From Candidatus Omnitrophota bacterium (lineage in GTDB: Bacteria; Omnitrophota; Gorgyraeia; Gygaellales; Profunditerraquicolaceae): DNA of 64,000 nt. Below, piece by piece: positions 54,675-64,000 of this stretch. Location of the stretch: the NCBI GenBank assembly GCA_016867115.1, contig VGKG01000004.1:6536-70535 (forward strand), written 5' to 3'. Under the pieces are notes generated by a model that saw nothing but the letters and a program-made list of their open reading frames with translations, had not been told where the DNA came from and did no database searches. Position 1 is the first letter of the stretch; every line of letters begins with the position of its first letter. Both the position numbers and the translations under genes were made by a program.

Positions 54675-55445
54675 TTAAAGCTTCCCCTCTTTCTTCAGGC
54701 ACATCTCCCGGTATTTCAGGTAGCTCAGGAACTGGTAGAGCCCGGCATTATAAGCCACGACAAACCCGATGAAACCGTCTTTATAGCCTTTTTTGCTGAA
54801 ATACGTGCGCATAAAACGGTCGTAGGTGCGCCAGAGGAACCTGCCCAAACGCATGGGCTTATCCTGATCAAACCATTTCTTTGCCTCGCGGGTAGTCTGA
54901 TTATTGAGCTTGGCAAAAAAATCCTCCAGGTTACGGTAGGAATAATGGATCAGGTCGTTTTTCAGGTGGCCGCAGGGGTCATCCATAAACGCGCGCGGAT
55001 GCACCCCCACCTCTTCGTAGCGGAACTTGTCTTTACGGAAGAGTTTCAGCTGGGCGCTGGGGTACCAGCCGCAATATTTGACCCAGTAATCCCCGATATA
55101 ATTACGCCGCGGCACGGTAAAACCGTTCTCCTGCGGCCCGGCGGAAAGCGCATCCTTTATCTCATCCCTTAACTCGGGGGTGATGACTTCATCGGCATCA
55201 AGGCTGAAGACCCATGTATTCTTTGCCTGAGCGTACGCCCAGTTACGGTGCCTGCCCTCCACTTCCATCTTCCGGGTGAATACCCTGTCGGTATACCGGC
55301 GGACGGTCTCGACGGTCTTATCCGTGCTCTCATCATCGACCACGATGACTTCATCCGCCCAGAGCGCGGATTCGATACACTTTGCGATGCGGCCTTCCTC
55401 GTTTTTAGTCAGGATCACTACGGATAAAGGGATCTTATCTTCCAC
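54675..55445 (-). CDS. Glycosyltransferase family 2
   Basis: LSVVILTKNEEGRIAKCIESALWADEVIVVDDESTDKT. Confidence 0.75.
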   Translation of the reverse strand: MEDKIPLSVVILTKNEEGRIAKCIESALWADEVIVVDDESTDKTVETVRRYTDRVFTRKMEVEGRHRNWAYAQAKNTWVFSLDADEVITPELRDEIKDALSAGPQENGFTVPRRNYIGDYWVKYCGWYPSAQLKLFRKDKFRYEEVGVHPRAFMDDPCGHLKNDLIHYSYRNLEDFFAKLNNQTTREAKKWFDQDKPMRLGRFLWRTYDRFMRTYFSKKGYKDGFIGFVVAYNAGLYQFLSYLKYREMCLKKEGKL

Positions 55446-55447
55446 CT

Positions 55448-56566
55448 TTAAAGCGCTCCTTTCAGGGCATCTGCGACGTAATTAATCTGTTTTTCTTTGA
55501 TGTGCGGATACATGGGCAAAGAGACGATCTCTCCGGAGACTCTCTCCGAAACCGGAAAATCCCCCCTCTTGTAGCCAAGCCCATTATAAGCCGGCTGCAG
55601 ATGCAGGGGTATGGGATAATGGATCAGGACACCGATCTCTTTTTCTTTGAGCCTGGCGCAGACTTCATCACGCCTTTTCACTCTTATAGCATAGACATGA
55701 TAAACGTGGCTTACGCCTTCCGATGCGAAAGGAGTAATCAGGCCTTTAAGCCCGCCTAAAAGTTTATTATAGAAAAACGCGGCTTCCTTGCGGGCATTAT
55801 TCCATTTATCCAGCAGCTTTAATTTCGCGCGCAGGAACCCTGCCTGCAGAGTATCCAGGCGCGAATTATAACCGATGAGCGCGTGTTCATATTTTGAAGT
55901 CCGGCCATAATCCCTGAGCATGAGCAATTTTTTAAATAATCCTTCGTTACTTGTCGTAATTATGCCTCCGTCGCCTAAAGCGCCTAAATTTTTAGAAGGA
56001 TAGAAGCTGAAGGCCCCCATATCACCCATAGCGCCCGCCCTCTGCCATTTTCCGCCGGGCATCTTGATCACCGCGCCGTGCGCCTGGCAGGCATCTTCGA
56101 TCACCCTTAGATTATTCCTTTTTGCTATCTTAAGGATCTCCGGCATATCTGCCGGCTGGCCGTAAAGGTGCACCGGGATGATCGCCTTGGTATTTTTAGT
56201 AATTGCCCCTTCTATCTTGCTTACGTCAATGTTGTAGGTCTTCTCATCGATATCCACAAATACCGGCTTTGCTCCGGTATAGGAAACCGCCAGGGCCGTA
56301 GCAATAAAGGTAAAATCCGGGACAATAACTTCATCGCCGGGGCCGATATCCAGGCACTTCAGCGCTAAAAAAAGGGCCGCGGTACCGGAACTGACGCCTA
56401 CTGCATAAGAAGAGCCGCAAAATGCGGCGAACTCTTTTTCAAAACACTGCAGATCTTCTCCGAGGATAAAATCGCTTCTCTTCTGGATATTTTTGATTAC
56501 CCTGTCGATATCCTTCTTTATTTCTCTGTGCTGCGCCGTTAGATCCGCAAAAGAAACTTTCACCAT
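55448..56566 (-). CDS. DegT/DnrJ/EryC1/StrS aminotransferase
   Basis: VGVSSGTAALFLALKCLDIGPGDEVIVPDFTFIATALAVSYTGAKPVFVDID … EDACQAHG. Confidence 0.85.
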   Translation of the reverse strand: MVKVSFADLTAQHREIKKDIDRVIKNIQKRSDFILGEDLQCFEKEFAAFCGSSYAVGVSSGTAALFLALKCLDIGPGDEVIVPDFTFIATALAVSYTGAKPVFVDIDEKTYNIDVSKIEGAITKNTKAIIPVHLYGQPADMPEILKIAKRNNLRVIEDACQAHGAVIKMPGGKWQRAGAMGDMGAFSFYPSKNLGALGDGGIITTSNEGLFKKLLMLRDYGRTSKYEHALIGYNSRLDTLQAGFLRAKLKLLDKWNNARKEAAFFYNKLLGGLKGLITPFASEGVSHVYHVYAIRVKRRDEVCARLKEKEIGVLIHYPIPLHLQPAYNGLGYKRGDFPVSERVSGEIVSLPMYPHIKEKQINYVADALKGAL

Positions 56567-57627
56567 AACCTCCTTACTGCCTGAAAGACTTCATCCACTC
56601 CGATTATATTTATGCACTCCCTATCCCGGTCACAGACAGGCATCCTGAACTTCCGGTAACAGGGCCGGCAGGCGATATCGCTCTTTACCACCGCATGCCT
56701 CTCTGAAGCTGGATACGGGCCGTAGACCCGCTCATCCACCGGGCCGAAGATCGATACCGTCTTTATCCCAGTGGCCACTCCGATGTGCAGCGGCCCTCCG
56801 TCATTGGTGACCAGGACCTTTAAGCGGTTTATGACCGCAATCAGGTCGTCAAGGCTGGTCCTGCCTACCAGGTCTATCGGCCTATTGCGCATAGCGTGGG
56901 CAATGACCTCCGCGATCGGCCTCTCGGATTCATCGCCGAGAATCAGGACTTTTGCGCCGAACTCATCCATGATCCGGTCCGCAAGCTTGGCATACTTGAT
57001 GGCTGACCAGTGTTTTATCGACGCCTGAGTTCCCCAGCTTCCGCCTGCGCCCGGGGCAATCCCTGCCAGGATATCCGTCCCGCCTATCCCGTAACGCCCT
57101 AAGAGCAAACCTGCCCCGGTGCGCATCCGGTCTGTCACGGGCACATACAGCTTATTGTCTTTTGGCCTAAGGTCAAGGAATTTCAATAATTCCAGGTAGT
57201 ATTCTACAACATGCTTCTCTTCATAGCCGTCGATTGTGATTTTTTCCGTAAGAAACCTTCCGCGCTTTCTGTAATCCAGGCCGATACGTCTTTTTATCCC
57301 CGCCAGTTTAGCCACTAGCCCGTAGCGGTGGTCCAGGGAAAAATCCAGCGCCGCGTCGAATCTCTCTTTTTTGATCTCGCGGAATAATCCGAGAGACTGC
57401 CTTAACCCTTCGAGAATCGACCGCTCAAAGACCTTTTTTAAGTCTCCCCGCGATAAACCTAAGACCTTATTTATATCAGGGTCGTGCTTAAAAAGATCCC
57501 TGGTGCGTTCATTACACCAGTAACCAAGATAACTCTCAGGCCAGGCATCTTTTACAGCCCGAATTAACGCAGTAGTAAATATCACATCTCCGATACCGAA
57601 AGGATTGATAAAAAGGATCTTTTTCAA
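56560..57627 (-). CDS. Glycosyltransferase family 9 (LPS heptosyltransferase-like)
   Basis: MKKILFINPFGIGDVIFTTALIRAV… and the C-terminal …TNDGGPLHIGVATG motif. Confidence 0.8.
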   Translation of the reverse strand: MKKILFINPFGIGDVIFTTALIRAVKDAWPESYLGYWCNERTRDLFKHDPDINKVLGLSRGDLKKVFERSILEGLRQSLGLFREIKKERFDAALDFSLDHRYGLVAKLAGIKRRIGLDYRKRGRFLTEKITIDGYEEKHVVEYYLELLKFLDLRPKDNKLYVPVTDRMRTGAGLLLGRYGIGGTDILAGIAPGAGGSWGTQASIKHWSAIKYAKLADRIMDEFGAKVLILGDESERPIAEVIAHAMRNRPIDLVGRTSLDDLIAVINRLKVLVTNDGGPLHIGVATGIKTVSIFGPVDERVYGPYPASERHAVVKSDIACRPCYRKFRMPVCDRDRECINIIGVDEVFQAVRRLW

Positions 57628-58583
57628 AGCTTAAGCGCCTCTTTTGCTTTAATAAAGACTTCGTTCACACTGATCTCTTCTAAACTCGGCCCTGCGACGA
57701 CAATACTGCCTGCGCTCGCCGGCCCCCAGCGGACCGGGCCTTTGCCGGGCAGGTCATTGCGGAAAATAGCGACCACCGGAGTGCCGACACATGAGGCAAG
57801 GTGAACCGGGCCGCTGTCTCCCGAGACAAGGAGCCGGCAATTCGCAAGGAGCGCGCCTAATTCAACCAGTGTGGTCTTGCCGGTAAGGTTAAGGACCAAC
57901 GGGCTGATCCCTTCAAAATACTTAAGGCCCGCTTCCCTCTCCTCTTTTCCGCCGACGATGATGACCTTTAACTTCAACTCCTCTGCCAGCCTGCGGGCCA
58001 GGCCCCGGAAATATTCCAGTGGCCACTGCTTTAGCGGATCGCTTGTCCAGGGATGCACTGCCACAAGGGGTTGGCCCGCTACACCACTAAGCAGCCCCCT
58101 TGCTTCATCCGGGCTTATCTTAAGGCTTATGGCCCTATCACATGATTCAGCGCCGGCTAAACGCGCAAGATCAAGATTATAATCGATCTCATGCTTTGCG
58201 CCAAGATATTTTGTATCTTTGATCCTGCGGTTCAGAAGAAAACCCCACTTACGGTCATAGCCGACCCTTAAAGGTATCCCGGAAAGGAATGAGAGCAGAT
58301 TGATCTCCTTTGAAGGGTTAAAGATTATACAAAGGTCAAAACCTTTTTTTCTGAGCTGCCGGGCGAACCTAAGGACCTCCATAAACCTGTGCTTCCTATT
58401 CTCCCAGACGATCACCTCATCTATCGCATCAATCCTTGCAGCAAGCTCAGCATTATAAGGATTGACTGCCAGGCTCAAAGTAGCCGTACTGAATTCCCGT
58501 TTTAACGCCCTTAATGCCGGGATATTCAGCAGAAATTCTCCGAAGCGGTCATTCCTGACCGCTAAAATCTTAATTTTTTTCAT
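57624..58583 (-). CDS. Glycosyltransferase family 9 (LPS heptosyltransferase-like)
   Basis: KILAVRNDRFGEFLLNIPALRAL … VSGDSGPVHLASCVGTP. Confidence 0.8.
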   Translation of the reverse strand: MKKIKILAVRNDRFGEFLLNIPALRALKREFSTATLSLAVNPYNAELAARIDAIDEVIVWENRKHRFMEVLRFARQLRKKGFDLCIIFNPSKEINLLSFLSGIPLRVGYDRKWGFLLNRRIKDTKYLGAKHEIDYNLDLARLAGAESCDRAISLKISPDEARGLLSGVAGQPLVAVHPWTSDPLKQWPLEYFRGLARRLAEELKLKVIIVGGKEEREAGLKYFEGISPLVLNLTGKTTLVELGALLANCRLLVSGDSGPVHLASCVGTPVVAIFRNDLPGKGPVRWGPASAGSIVVAGPSLEEISVNEVFIKAKEALKL

Positions 58584-59799
58584 CCGTAAACTTTTTAAGC
58601 CCTAAGGCAAAACCTGCCAGATACCAGAATATGACTGCCAGGCGCGAAGAATAAAGGCTGCTCTCCGTAAGGCCGTTCACCAGAAAAGATACCAGGCAGG
58701 CGATCAGCGAAAGGAGCGTTACTTTAAGATAGTCGTCTTTAAGGCGTCTGTATACCGCAGCTAGGGCCAGGAATAATTGACAGAGTAGCCAAAGAAAAAT
58801 ACCTAGGCCCACCAGGCCTATCTCCGCAGCCATATGTAAAAAATTATTATGCGCATACATATAATCTGAGGTCACAATGCCGCGGTATTCGGGCAGCTCT
58901 TTATAAGAGCTGTAATTCTTCATGAAAGTGTTTGCGCCCACGCCGATGAAGGGGTGGGCCTTGATCATCTGCAGAGTATTACGGTAGGCGGCAATGCGGT
59001 CGTCATTGCACATCACCCTTAAAGGGTTGTATTCCATAAGTCTTATCCAATCCTTCACAGATTTTGGCACAAGAATTGGTGAAATAAGGGTTAAAAGGAC
59101 CAAGGCAGCAATCAAAACTTTATCTTTCCTGGCAATAGCCAGCAGGAATAGCGCAACATAAACGGCAAGCAGGGTCGGGCGCGAATAAGTCAAAAAGATC
59201 CCGGCCATGATGATCAGGCTGGCCAGCGACATGGCAAGCTTGCCAAGGCGCCTGAAATGATAAAGGGTAAGGCCAAAGACCAGGGGTGCTGCCGCGCTTA
59301 AATATACCCCCAGGTTATTGGGGTCCTTAAACGATGCGGTAGCCCGCACCAGGTCCAGGTTATAGACCGGCGGATAGCCGCGGATGAAATCCCTGCCGGT
59401 GGCTACCTGAAAGAGCGCATCTATCGAGACCAGCAGCGCGCCCAAAGACAGGGAAAAAAAGATCTTTCTGACATGGGCCTTATCCTTTATCTCGCCGGAA
59501 AGGGCCAGAAGAATGAAGATATACTGCGCAAACCTCCCTACCCCGCCTTTAAGCGAATCTTTCAGGTCGATACTGTGGATCAGGGAGAGGCAGGTGACGA
59601 TAAAGAAAAGTAAGAGCGCCCGGTTTAAAGGCGAATCCCTGAGGATTGCCTCTCTTTTGAGGATCTTTTTGAGAAGGAAAAGGAAGATCAGCATCCCCAT
59701 GAAAACATTCATGGGCGCAGGTGCGATCGCCTGGCTGAAGGGGAGCAATATGATCAGCCAGTAAATGATGAAGTCTGCTGCCTTGATGGTCTTTTGCAT
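58570..59799 (-). CDS. O-antigen ligase (WaaL)/Wzy_C family membrane protein
   Basis: At least 10 TM helices with YMYAHNNFLHMAAEIGLVGLGIF (HNxxLxxxAExG ligase motif). Start chosen at the internal MQKTIKA. The track ORF extends to 59916. Confidence 0.65.
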   Translation of the reverse strand: MQKTIKAADFIIYWLIILLPFSQAIAPAPMNVFMGMLIFLFLLKKILKREAILRDSPLNRALLLFFIVTCLSLIHSIDLKDSLKGGVGRFAQYIFILLALSGEIKDKAHVRKIFFSLSLGALLVSIDALFQVATGRDFIRGYPPVYNLDLVRATASFKDPNNLGVYLSAAAPLVFGLTLYHFRRLGKLAMSLASLIIMAGIFLTYSRPTLLAVYVALFLLAIARKDKVLIAALVLLTLISPILVPKSVKDWIRLMEYNPLRVMCNDDRIAAYRNTLQMIKAHPFIGVGANTFMKNYSSYKELPEYRGIVTSDYMYAHNNFLHMAAEIGLVGLGIFLWLLCQLFLALAAVYRRLKDDYLKVTLLSLIACLVSFLVNGLTESSLYSSRLAVIFWYLAGFALGLKKFTDEKN

Positions 59800-59800
59800 T

Positions 59801-60481
59801 TTAGGCTCCGCTAAAACGGTACTTGAACATATAATATATCGCCCACAACCCGTCAAGCCACCTGATCTTCTTGCCTTCCCTGTAGGTACGGGGATGATAC
59901 GAAACCGGGACTTCAAGGAGCCTAAAGCCTTTTTTCAGGGCGTTGCAGACGATCTCGACGTCGATATCAAAACCGTTCGCCTTAAGGTTCAGGCCGTGCC
60001 AGACCTCTCTTCTTGCCAGTTTATAGCAGGTGGCATAATCGTTCAACTTGCTTGAGAAGAGAAGGTTAAGCAGCCCGGTCAGGAAACGGTTCCCCAGGCG
60101 GTGGATGAAGAGGCCCTGATGCCCCGCGGAGAATCTTGCCCCCAGGACCAGATCCGCCTTCGCCTCTTTTAGCGGTTCAAGCAGCTTCAGGTAGTCACCG
60201 GGGTCGTATTCAAGATCCGCGTCCTGGATCACCACAAACTCTGCGGAGGCGTTCACCAGGCCCGTAAGGCAGGCTGCCCCTTTTCCGCGGTTTGAGGTAT
60301 GGTGTATCACCTTAAAATTGTCGTACTTTATCTCCCGCAGGATCTTATCCGTGCCGTCGGTGGAACTGTCGTCCACGACGATGATCTCTTTATCCAGGTT
60401 CAGGCTGTTTATCTTTTCCAATATTCCCCTGATCGTGTTCGCCTCGTTAAAGACCGGGACAATCACCGAAAGTAGCTTCAT
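59801..60481 (-). CDS. Glycosyltransferase family 2 (DPM1-like polyprenyl-phosphate glycosyltransferase)
   Basis: LSVIVPVFNEANTIRGIL…VVDDSSTDGT…IQDADLEYDP. Confidence 0.75.
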   Translation of the reverse strand: MKLLSVIVPVFNEANTIRGILEKINSLNLDKEIIVVDDSSTDGTDKILREIKYDNFKVIHHTSNRGKGAACLTGLVNASAEFVVIQDADLEYDPGDYLKLLEPLKEAKADLVLGARFSAGHQGLFIHRLGNRFLTGLLNLLFSSKLNDYATCYKLARREVWHGLNLKANGFDIDVEIVCNALKKGFRLLEVPVSYHPRTYREGKKIRWLDGLWAIYYMFKYRFSGA

Positions 60482-60482
60482 T

Positions 60483-61181
60483 TTAACCCTTTAGCCTCCT
60501 TGAGATAGCCCAAAAATAAAGTTTAATGTAACTTGGCAGCAATCTGAATATTTTAAAGCTGGACCTGCCCGCGGTACGTTCTCTCCATGTCGTCGGCAGC
60601 TCCGTGATCCGGAAACCCGCGTAATAAGCCTTAAGCGGCAGCTCCATGGAGATCTCAAACCCCCGGGCATCGCTTTTGACCGAATCCAAGACTTTTTTCC
60701 TGTACATCTTAAAGGCATTGGCGATATCATGCGTGGGCAGCCCCAGCAAAAAAGACAGAGACCTTCCTCCCCAGCAGGATAAGAAGCCCTTCAGGCGCGA
60801 ACCGCCCAGCCTCTTCCCGCCCTTCGTGTAGCGCGAGGCGCAGACGACGTCGTAGCCGGCGTCAATCTTCTCAAGCATCGGCCCGAGCAATCTCAGGTCG
60901 TCGCAGAGGTCAGCCATCACCGGCACGACCACCTCTGCGCTTGAGCTGGCAAAACCGGTGCGCAGGGCATTGGCAAAACCCTTTTCCGACCTGTTTTCCA
61001 CCAGCCGGATATTTTTATATTCCTCTGACAGGCCTGCGACTATCGCGGCGGTTTGGTCGCTCGAATGATCGTTGACCACTACCAGCTCATGAGGAACGTC
61101 CAGCGAATCCTCGATCCTGCGGATTACCGAGGCGATATTATCCTCTTCATTATGGCAGGGCACGATAACGGATAATCTCAT
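60483..61181 (-). CDS. Glycosyltransferase family 2 (DPM1/ArnC-like polyprenyl-phosphate glycosyltransferase)
   Basis: LSVIVPCHNEEDNIASVIRRI…VVNDHSSDQT. Confidence 0.8.
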   Translation of the reverse strand: MRLSVIVPCHNEEDNIASVIRRIEDSLDVPHELVVVNDHSSDQTAAIVAGLSEEYKNIRLVENRSEKGFANALRTGFASSSAEVVVPVMADLCDDLRLLGPMLEKIDAGYDVVCASRYTKGGKRLGGSRLKGFLSCWGGRSLSFLLGLPTHDIANAFKMYRKKVLDSVKSDARGFEISMELPLKAYYAGFRITELPTTWRERTAGRSSFKIFRLLPSYIKLYFWAISRRLKG

Positions 61182-63241
61182 CTTCTGACCTTATAGATGC
61201 GCACGGTATCGTTATTAAAGACGGGGTTGAAGGCTTCCGGATGAGCCTTTGCCCAGCCGTCTTCAACGGGAAACGCGATATCCTTGGTCTGGTGCAGGGA
61301 ATAAATAAAAAGGTAGTCGGTATTGCGCCGCAGCAGATTGCGCAGCCACACGCCGTATTGCGCGTTGCCGCGGTAGTTTCCTTCCGCCTCCAGGTTCCGG
61401 TGCAGGCTTAGAAAATCATAGCCCCAGACATAGCGGCTGTCCTTGAAAAAGTGCAGCTTGACCGGATCAGTCCCGTTCACCGACACGTAATAAACATTGT
61501 TCTTAAAGTTCGTACCGTAGAGCGGAAACGGGACCGGCCTGCCCGCATAGGCGATATTATTTCCGGCGGTATTATTATTGAGCCAGTGCCAGGCCCTGAC
61601 CGCGTCAGGCCAGAAACCCGAATATTTTACCATTTTTATATAGCGCTGGAACTCGTTTTTCAGATACCATTTTTCCAGGAATATCAGGCCGGCTGCCAGG
61701 AGCAGCACCGATAAAAAGATCCTGACTGAAGTGATCCTTGGCCTTTTTAGCCTGATGAACCGGACGGAAAGCATGATCAGGATGAATACCGTAAAGGTAA
61801 GGAGCATGGAGGTCACCAGTTCCTGGCGCTTGGCCAGCTCAGACATGGAAGCCAGCGAGCAGACCAGGGCCACAACGGTGATGACCGGCCGGGGGATCCT
61901 CAGGAACTGCGCGGCATAGAAACCGAGTATCACCCCGATACCCAGGAACGGATAAAGATACCGCAGGTTCGCTAGCGGTATCACGTAACGGTAAGTCAGA
62001 TAGAGTAGTATAGGTAAGACCGCGAAGTAGATCGAGAAAAAGGACAGCTCTTTCCTCCTTTTCCATATAACAAGCCCCGGCGCAAAGAGCACCCCCGAGA
62101 GGACCAGGACCAGGGTCTGCACTCCCAGGCCTTCATGGAATAAGGCCTTGGTAAGCTTATAATCCTCCGGCTTAAAATGCGCACGGTAGGTATTCAGGTC
62201 CATGGCCCCGTTAAAAATGACCCTGCCGAAAAGCTTGAAATCAAGGGGATACAAAGGATTGCCCGTCTCCAGGAAATTGCGGATATAGCTGAACCCGCCG
62301 AGAAAAATCAGCGCGGGTATGATCATGAAAATAAAGTAGGCCCTCTTGATATCCCTTAAAAGGAGGTAGGCCAGGGGCACAAAAAGCAGGAATGAATACG
62401 GCAGGCCTACGGTCTTAGTACCAAGGAGGAGGCCCAGGCCTAGGGTGTAAGCAAATACGTTTTTCCGGTTAAGCTCCCTGTCCAGCTCGAATAAGAAGTT
62501 CAGGCAGGCGAAAAAGAGGCCCGCCACCATCATATCTACGTAGGCGATCTGCAGCTGTTTAAAGAAATTGGGGATGAGGGCAAAGAGTGCGGCGGCATAG
62601 AAGGCATGCATCTTATCAAGCCCGGCCTTGCGGGAAATATTGAAAATGCAGAAGAAGGCCAGGATAAAAAAGGGCAGCTGGCCCAGGTCCGCAAGGAAGA
62701 CATTCTTAAGCGGGAATATGAACCAGAGAAAATAAAGGCTGCCGTTTATGGGGTAATAGGTGGGGCTGGGGTCATCAAAGACGGTGATGGGGGTGTTGAG
62801 GGTGCCGGATTTAAGCCACTCCACGGCAAAGGTGAAATGGTAATTCAGCGAATCCCAGCCAAAAGGCGGATTAACCAGATTGATGGCGATCTTCACCAGG
62901 CCGAAGGAGGCGATGGCAGTGATCAGGAAAAGGGCGGGTTTCTGGCTCAATACGCCGCTGAAAGCCTTAAGCAGCCCTTCCGGATCAAAGCTGGACTCTC
63001 TTCTTCTGGCCGATAACCAGACCGCCAAAAAGACCGCCAGGTTCAGCAGAAAGAGGTTATTCAGGAAAAGCAGGCCGGATATGCCGAGTATCAACTCAAC
63101 CGAGATGACCTGCGCAAGGAAAAGCAGAAACCAGAGAATCAGGGAATCAATAAAATCAGCGGGCCTTACCAGCCTATAGGTGACAAGGGATGCGCTTGCA
63201 GCTACCGGCAGGTTCAGCAGAAAAAAATTAATAATACTCAT
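61178..63241 (-). CDS. Large polytopic membrane protein, putative GT-C-type glycosyltransferase (ArnT/PMT/YfhO-like)
   Basis: About 690 aa with at least 12 TM helices followed by a soluble about 200-aa C-terminal domain. It sits immediately downstream of two DPM1-like GT2 genes (the classic GT2+GT-C pairing). The family is not resolved. Start is the internal MSIINFF; the track ORF extends to 63286. Confidence 0.45.
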   Translation of the reverse strand: MSIINFFLLNLPVAASASLVTYRLVRPADFIDSLILWFLLFLAQVISVELILGISGLLFLNNLFLLNLAVFLAVWLSARRRESSFDPEGLLKAFSGVLSQKPALFLITAIASFGLVKIAINLVNPPFGWDSLNYHFTFAVEWLKSGTLNTPITVFDDPSPTYYPINGSLYFLWFIFPLKNVFLADLGQLPFFILAFFCIFNISRKAGLDKMHAFYAAALFALIPNFFKQLQIAYVDMMVAGLFFACLNFLFELDRELNRKNVFAYTLGLGLLLGTKTVGLPYSFLLFVPLAYLLLRDIKRAYFIFMIIPALIFLGGFSYIRNFLETGNPLYPLDFKLFGRVIFNGAMDLNTYRAHFKPEDYKLTKALFHEGLGVQTLVLVLSGVLFAPGLVIWKRRKELSFFSIYFAVLPILLYLTYRYVIPLANLRYLYPFLGIGVILGFYAAQFLRIPRPVITVVALVCSLASMSELAKRQELVTSMLLTFTVFILIMLSVRFIRLKRPRITSVRIFLSVLLLAAGLIFLEKWYLKNEFQRYIKMVKYSGFWPDAVRAWHWLNNNTAGNNIAYAGRPVPFPLYGTNFKNNVYYVSVNGTDPVKLHFFKDSRYVWGYDFLSLHRNLEAEGNYRGNAQYGVWLRNLLRRNTDYLFIYSLHQTKDIAFPVEDGWAKAHPEAFNPVFNNDTVRIYKVRR

Positions 63242-63245
63242 GGCA

Positions 63246-63962
63246 TCACTCCCTGCAAAGTGCGATAAAATCAAGGGCCGGATCAAGGCCCTCTTTTATG
63301 ATGATAAAATCCCGGTGGTCCGCCCGGGAAAAGAACTTATCCACCGGGTTGAGCGCAGGCGGAAGGAACCTCAGGATACCGCTTTTTTTCAGCCGCCGCA
63401 TGAACTTCAGTTTCCTGCTTCTTACCAGGCCGTATATCTCAACCTCCCTGAAGAAACCCTCCAGCAGCATCCGGAAATCACTCAAAAGGTACTCCCGGAC
63501 ATGGAACTTATTCAGGGGCACCGGGCTGTTAGGAGAAGAATCCAGCTTATTGCAGGTGGAACAGATAAAGACCCCTTTTTCGTTCAAAAGGCCCTTGATA
63601 TTGGAAAGGTAATGCCGGGGTTCGTTTATATGCTCAATAACCTGAAAAGAACAGACCGCGTCGAACTTGCCTCCGATGGCCCGGCACTCCTCTGCCTTTA
63701 CCGCATAGAATTGGAGGTTATCCCGCTTGTATTTTTTCTGGGCAAGGCTGATCACCGCCGGATCGTAATCTATCCCGATCGCCTCTTTTGCGAATCCGGC
63801 CAGAAAATAGGTGCCGTAGCCTTCGCCGCAGCCGATATCAAGGATCCGCTTGCCTGCCACAAAATCTTTGGCAAAACGGTAGGCGCTGAAGTGCCGCGCG
63901 ATCATCAGGGGGGTCTCTTTTTCTAAGAGTATTCTTTCTCCGGTATTGGCGATCTGTGTCAT
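63246..63962 (-). CDS. Class I SAM-dependent methyltransferase
   Basis: ILDIGCGEGYGTYFLA motif I and KGVFICST. Confidence 0.7.
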   Translation of the reverse strand: MTQIANTGERILLEKETPLMIARHFSAYRFAKDFVAGKRILDIGCGEGYGTYFLAGFAKEAIGIDYDPAVISLAQKKYKRDNLQFYAVKAEECRAIGGKFDAVCSFQVIEHINEPRHYLSNIKGLLNEKGVFICSTCNKLDSSPNSPVPLNKFHVREYLLSDFRMLLEGFFREVEIYGLVRSRKLKFMRRLKKSGILRFLPPALNPVDKFFSRADHRDFIIIKEGLDPALDFIALCRE

Positions 63963-64000
63963 CTTATCTCAATGAGTTTTGCGTTGATCAGGACGCCGCT
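63959..64000 (-). CDS. 3' end of an upstream minus-strand gene (function unknown), truncated by the window
   Basis: An in-frame ORF runs off the window end, …SGVLINAKLIEIR*, and its TGA overlaps the ATG of the next gene (ATGA). Confidence 0.3.
   Translation of the reverse strand, partial: SGVLINAKLIEIR

Overview
This 64-kb window carries about 62 credible protein-coding genes, all on the minus strand. Many junctions overlap by 4 nt (ATGA type) or lie within 15 nt, so the genes appear to be read as a few very long co-directional operons. I recognised no rRNA, tRNA, CRISPR array, transposase or integrase.

Gene order, read along the minus strand from high to low coordinates:
- 64000-53023: LPS-core-like cluster. 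It encodes a class I methyltransferase, a GT-C-like 702-aa membrane protein, two GT2 enzymes, a WaaL/O-antigen-ligase-like protein, two GT9 heptosyltransferases, a DegT aminotransferase, a GT2, GmhB and a GT28/MGDG-synthase-like protein.
- 53047-47016: housekeeping block. It encodes priA and fmt, then an operon of two tandem GalT-like (HIT) paralogs and gap that ends in an intrinsic terminator.
- 46851-6240: a roughly 40-kb glycan biosynthesis and decoration island.
  - An EPS-type MarR regulator with a near-consensus, apparently leaderless sigma70 promoter, followed by Wzz.
  - A nonulosonic-acid module: DegT, 4,6-dehydratase/epimerase, PIG-L deacetylase, NeuA/PseF-like cytidylyltransferase, radical SAM/SPASM, WbqC, NeuB/PseI-like synthase, PseG-like hydrolase and a second DegT.
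  - At least eight SAM methyltransferases, a NodU/CmcH carbamoyltransferase, a hexapeptide acetyltransferase, a Wzx flippase and an HpcH/HpaI aldolase.
  - A KdsB-like cytidylyltransferase, GmhA-like SIS isomerase, Gfo/Idh/MocA oxidoreductase, 2-hydroxyacid dehydrogenase and an IMPase-family phosphatase.
  - Two large uncharacterised proteins, several GT2 enzymes, a Wzy-like polymerase, a FemAB/GNAT-like acyltransferase, a polysaccharide deacetylase, a PglC-like priming transferase and a PglF/CapD-like dehydratase.
  - A second Wzy_C-family protein and a membrane-fused spermidine-synthase-like protein at the island edge.
- 5955-1: pgk with its own strong promoter, a four-helix-bundle (23S rRNA intervening-sequence-type) gene cassette flanked by inverted GTTCTA arrays, tpiA, secG and oppA/B/C-like peptide ABC transporter genes. 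The last of these is truncated at the window start.

The most interesting features are:
1. A heavily decorated nonulosonic/ulosonic-acid glycan island that appears to split the conserved gap-pgk-tpiA-secG operon.
2. An IVS-like four-helix-bundle cassette inside that operon.
3. A GalT paralog that lacks the nucleophilic histidine.
4. A hairpin-dense intergenic region with a perfect 25-bp palindrome.

The organism cannot be named from sequence alone. The LPS-core and heptose genes suggest a Gram-negative-type envelope, and GC content looks moderate (roughly 50%) with clearly AT-richer sub-segments.
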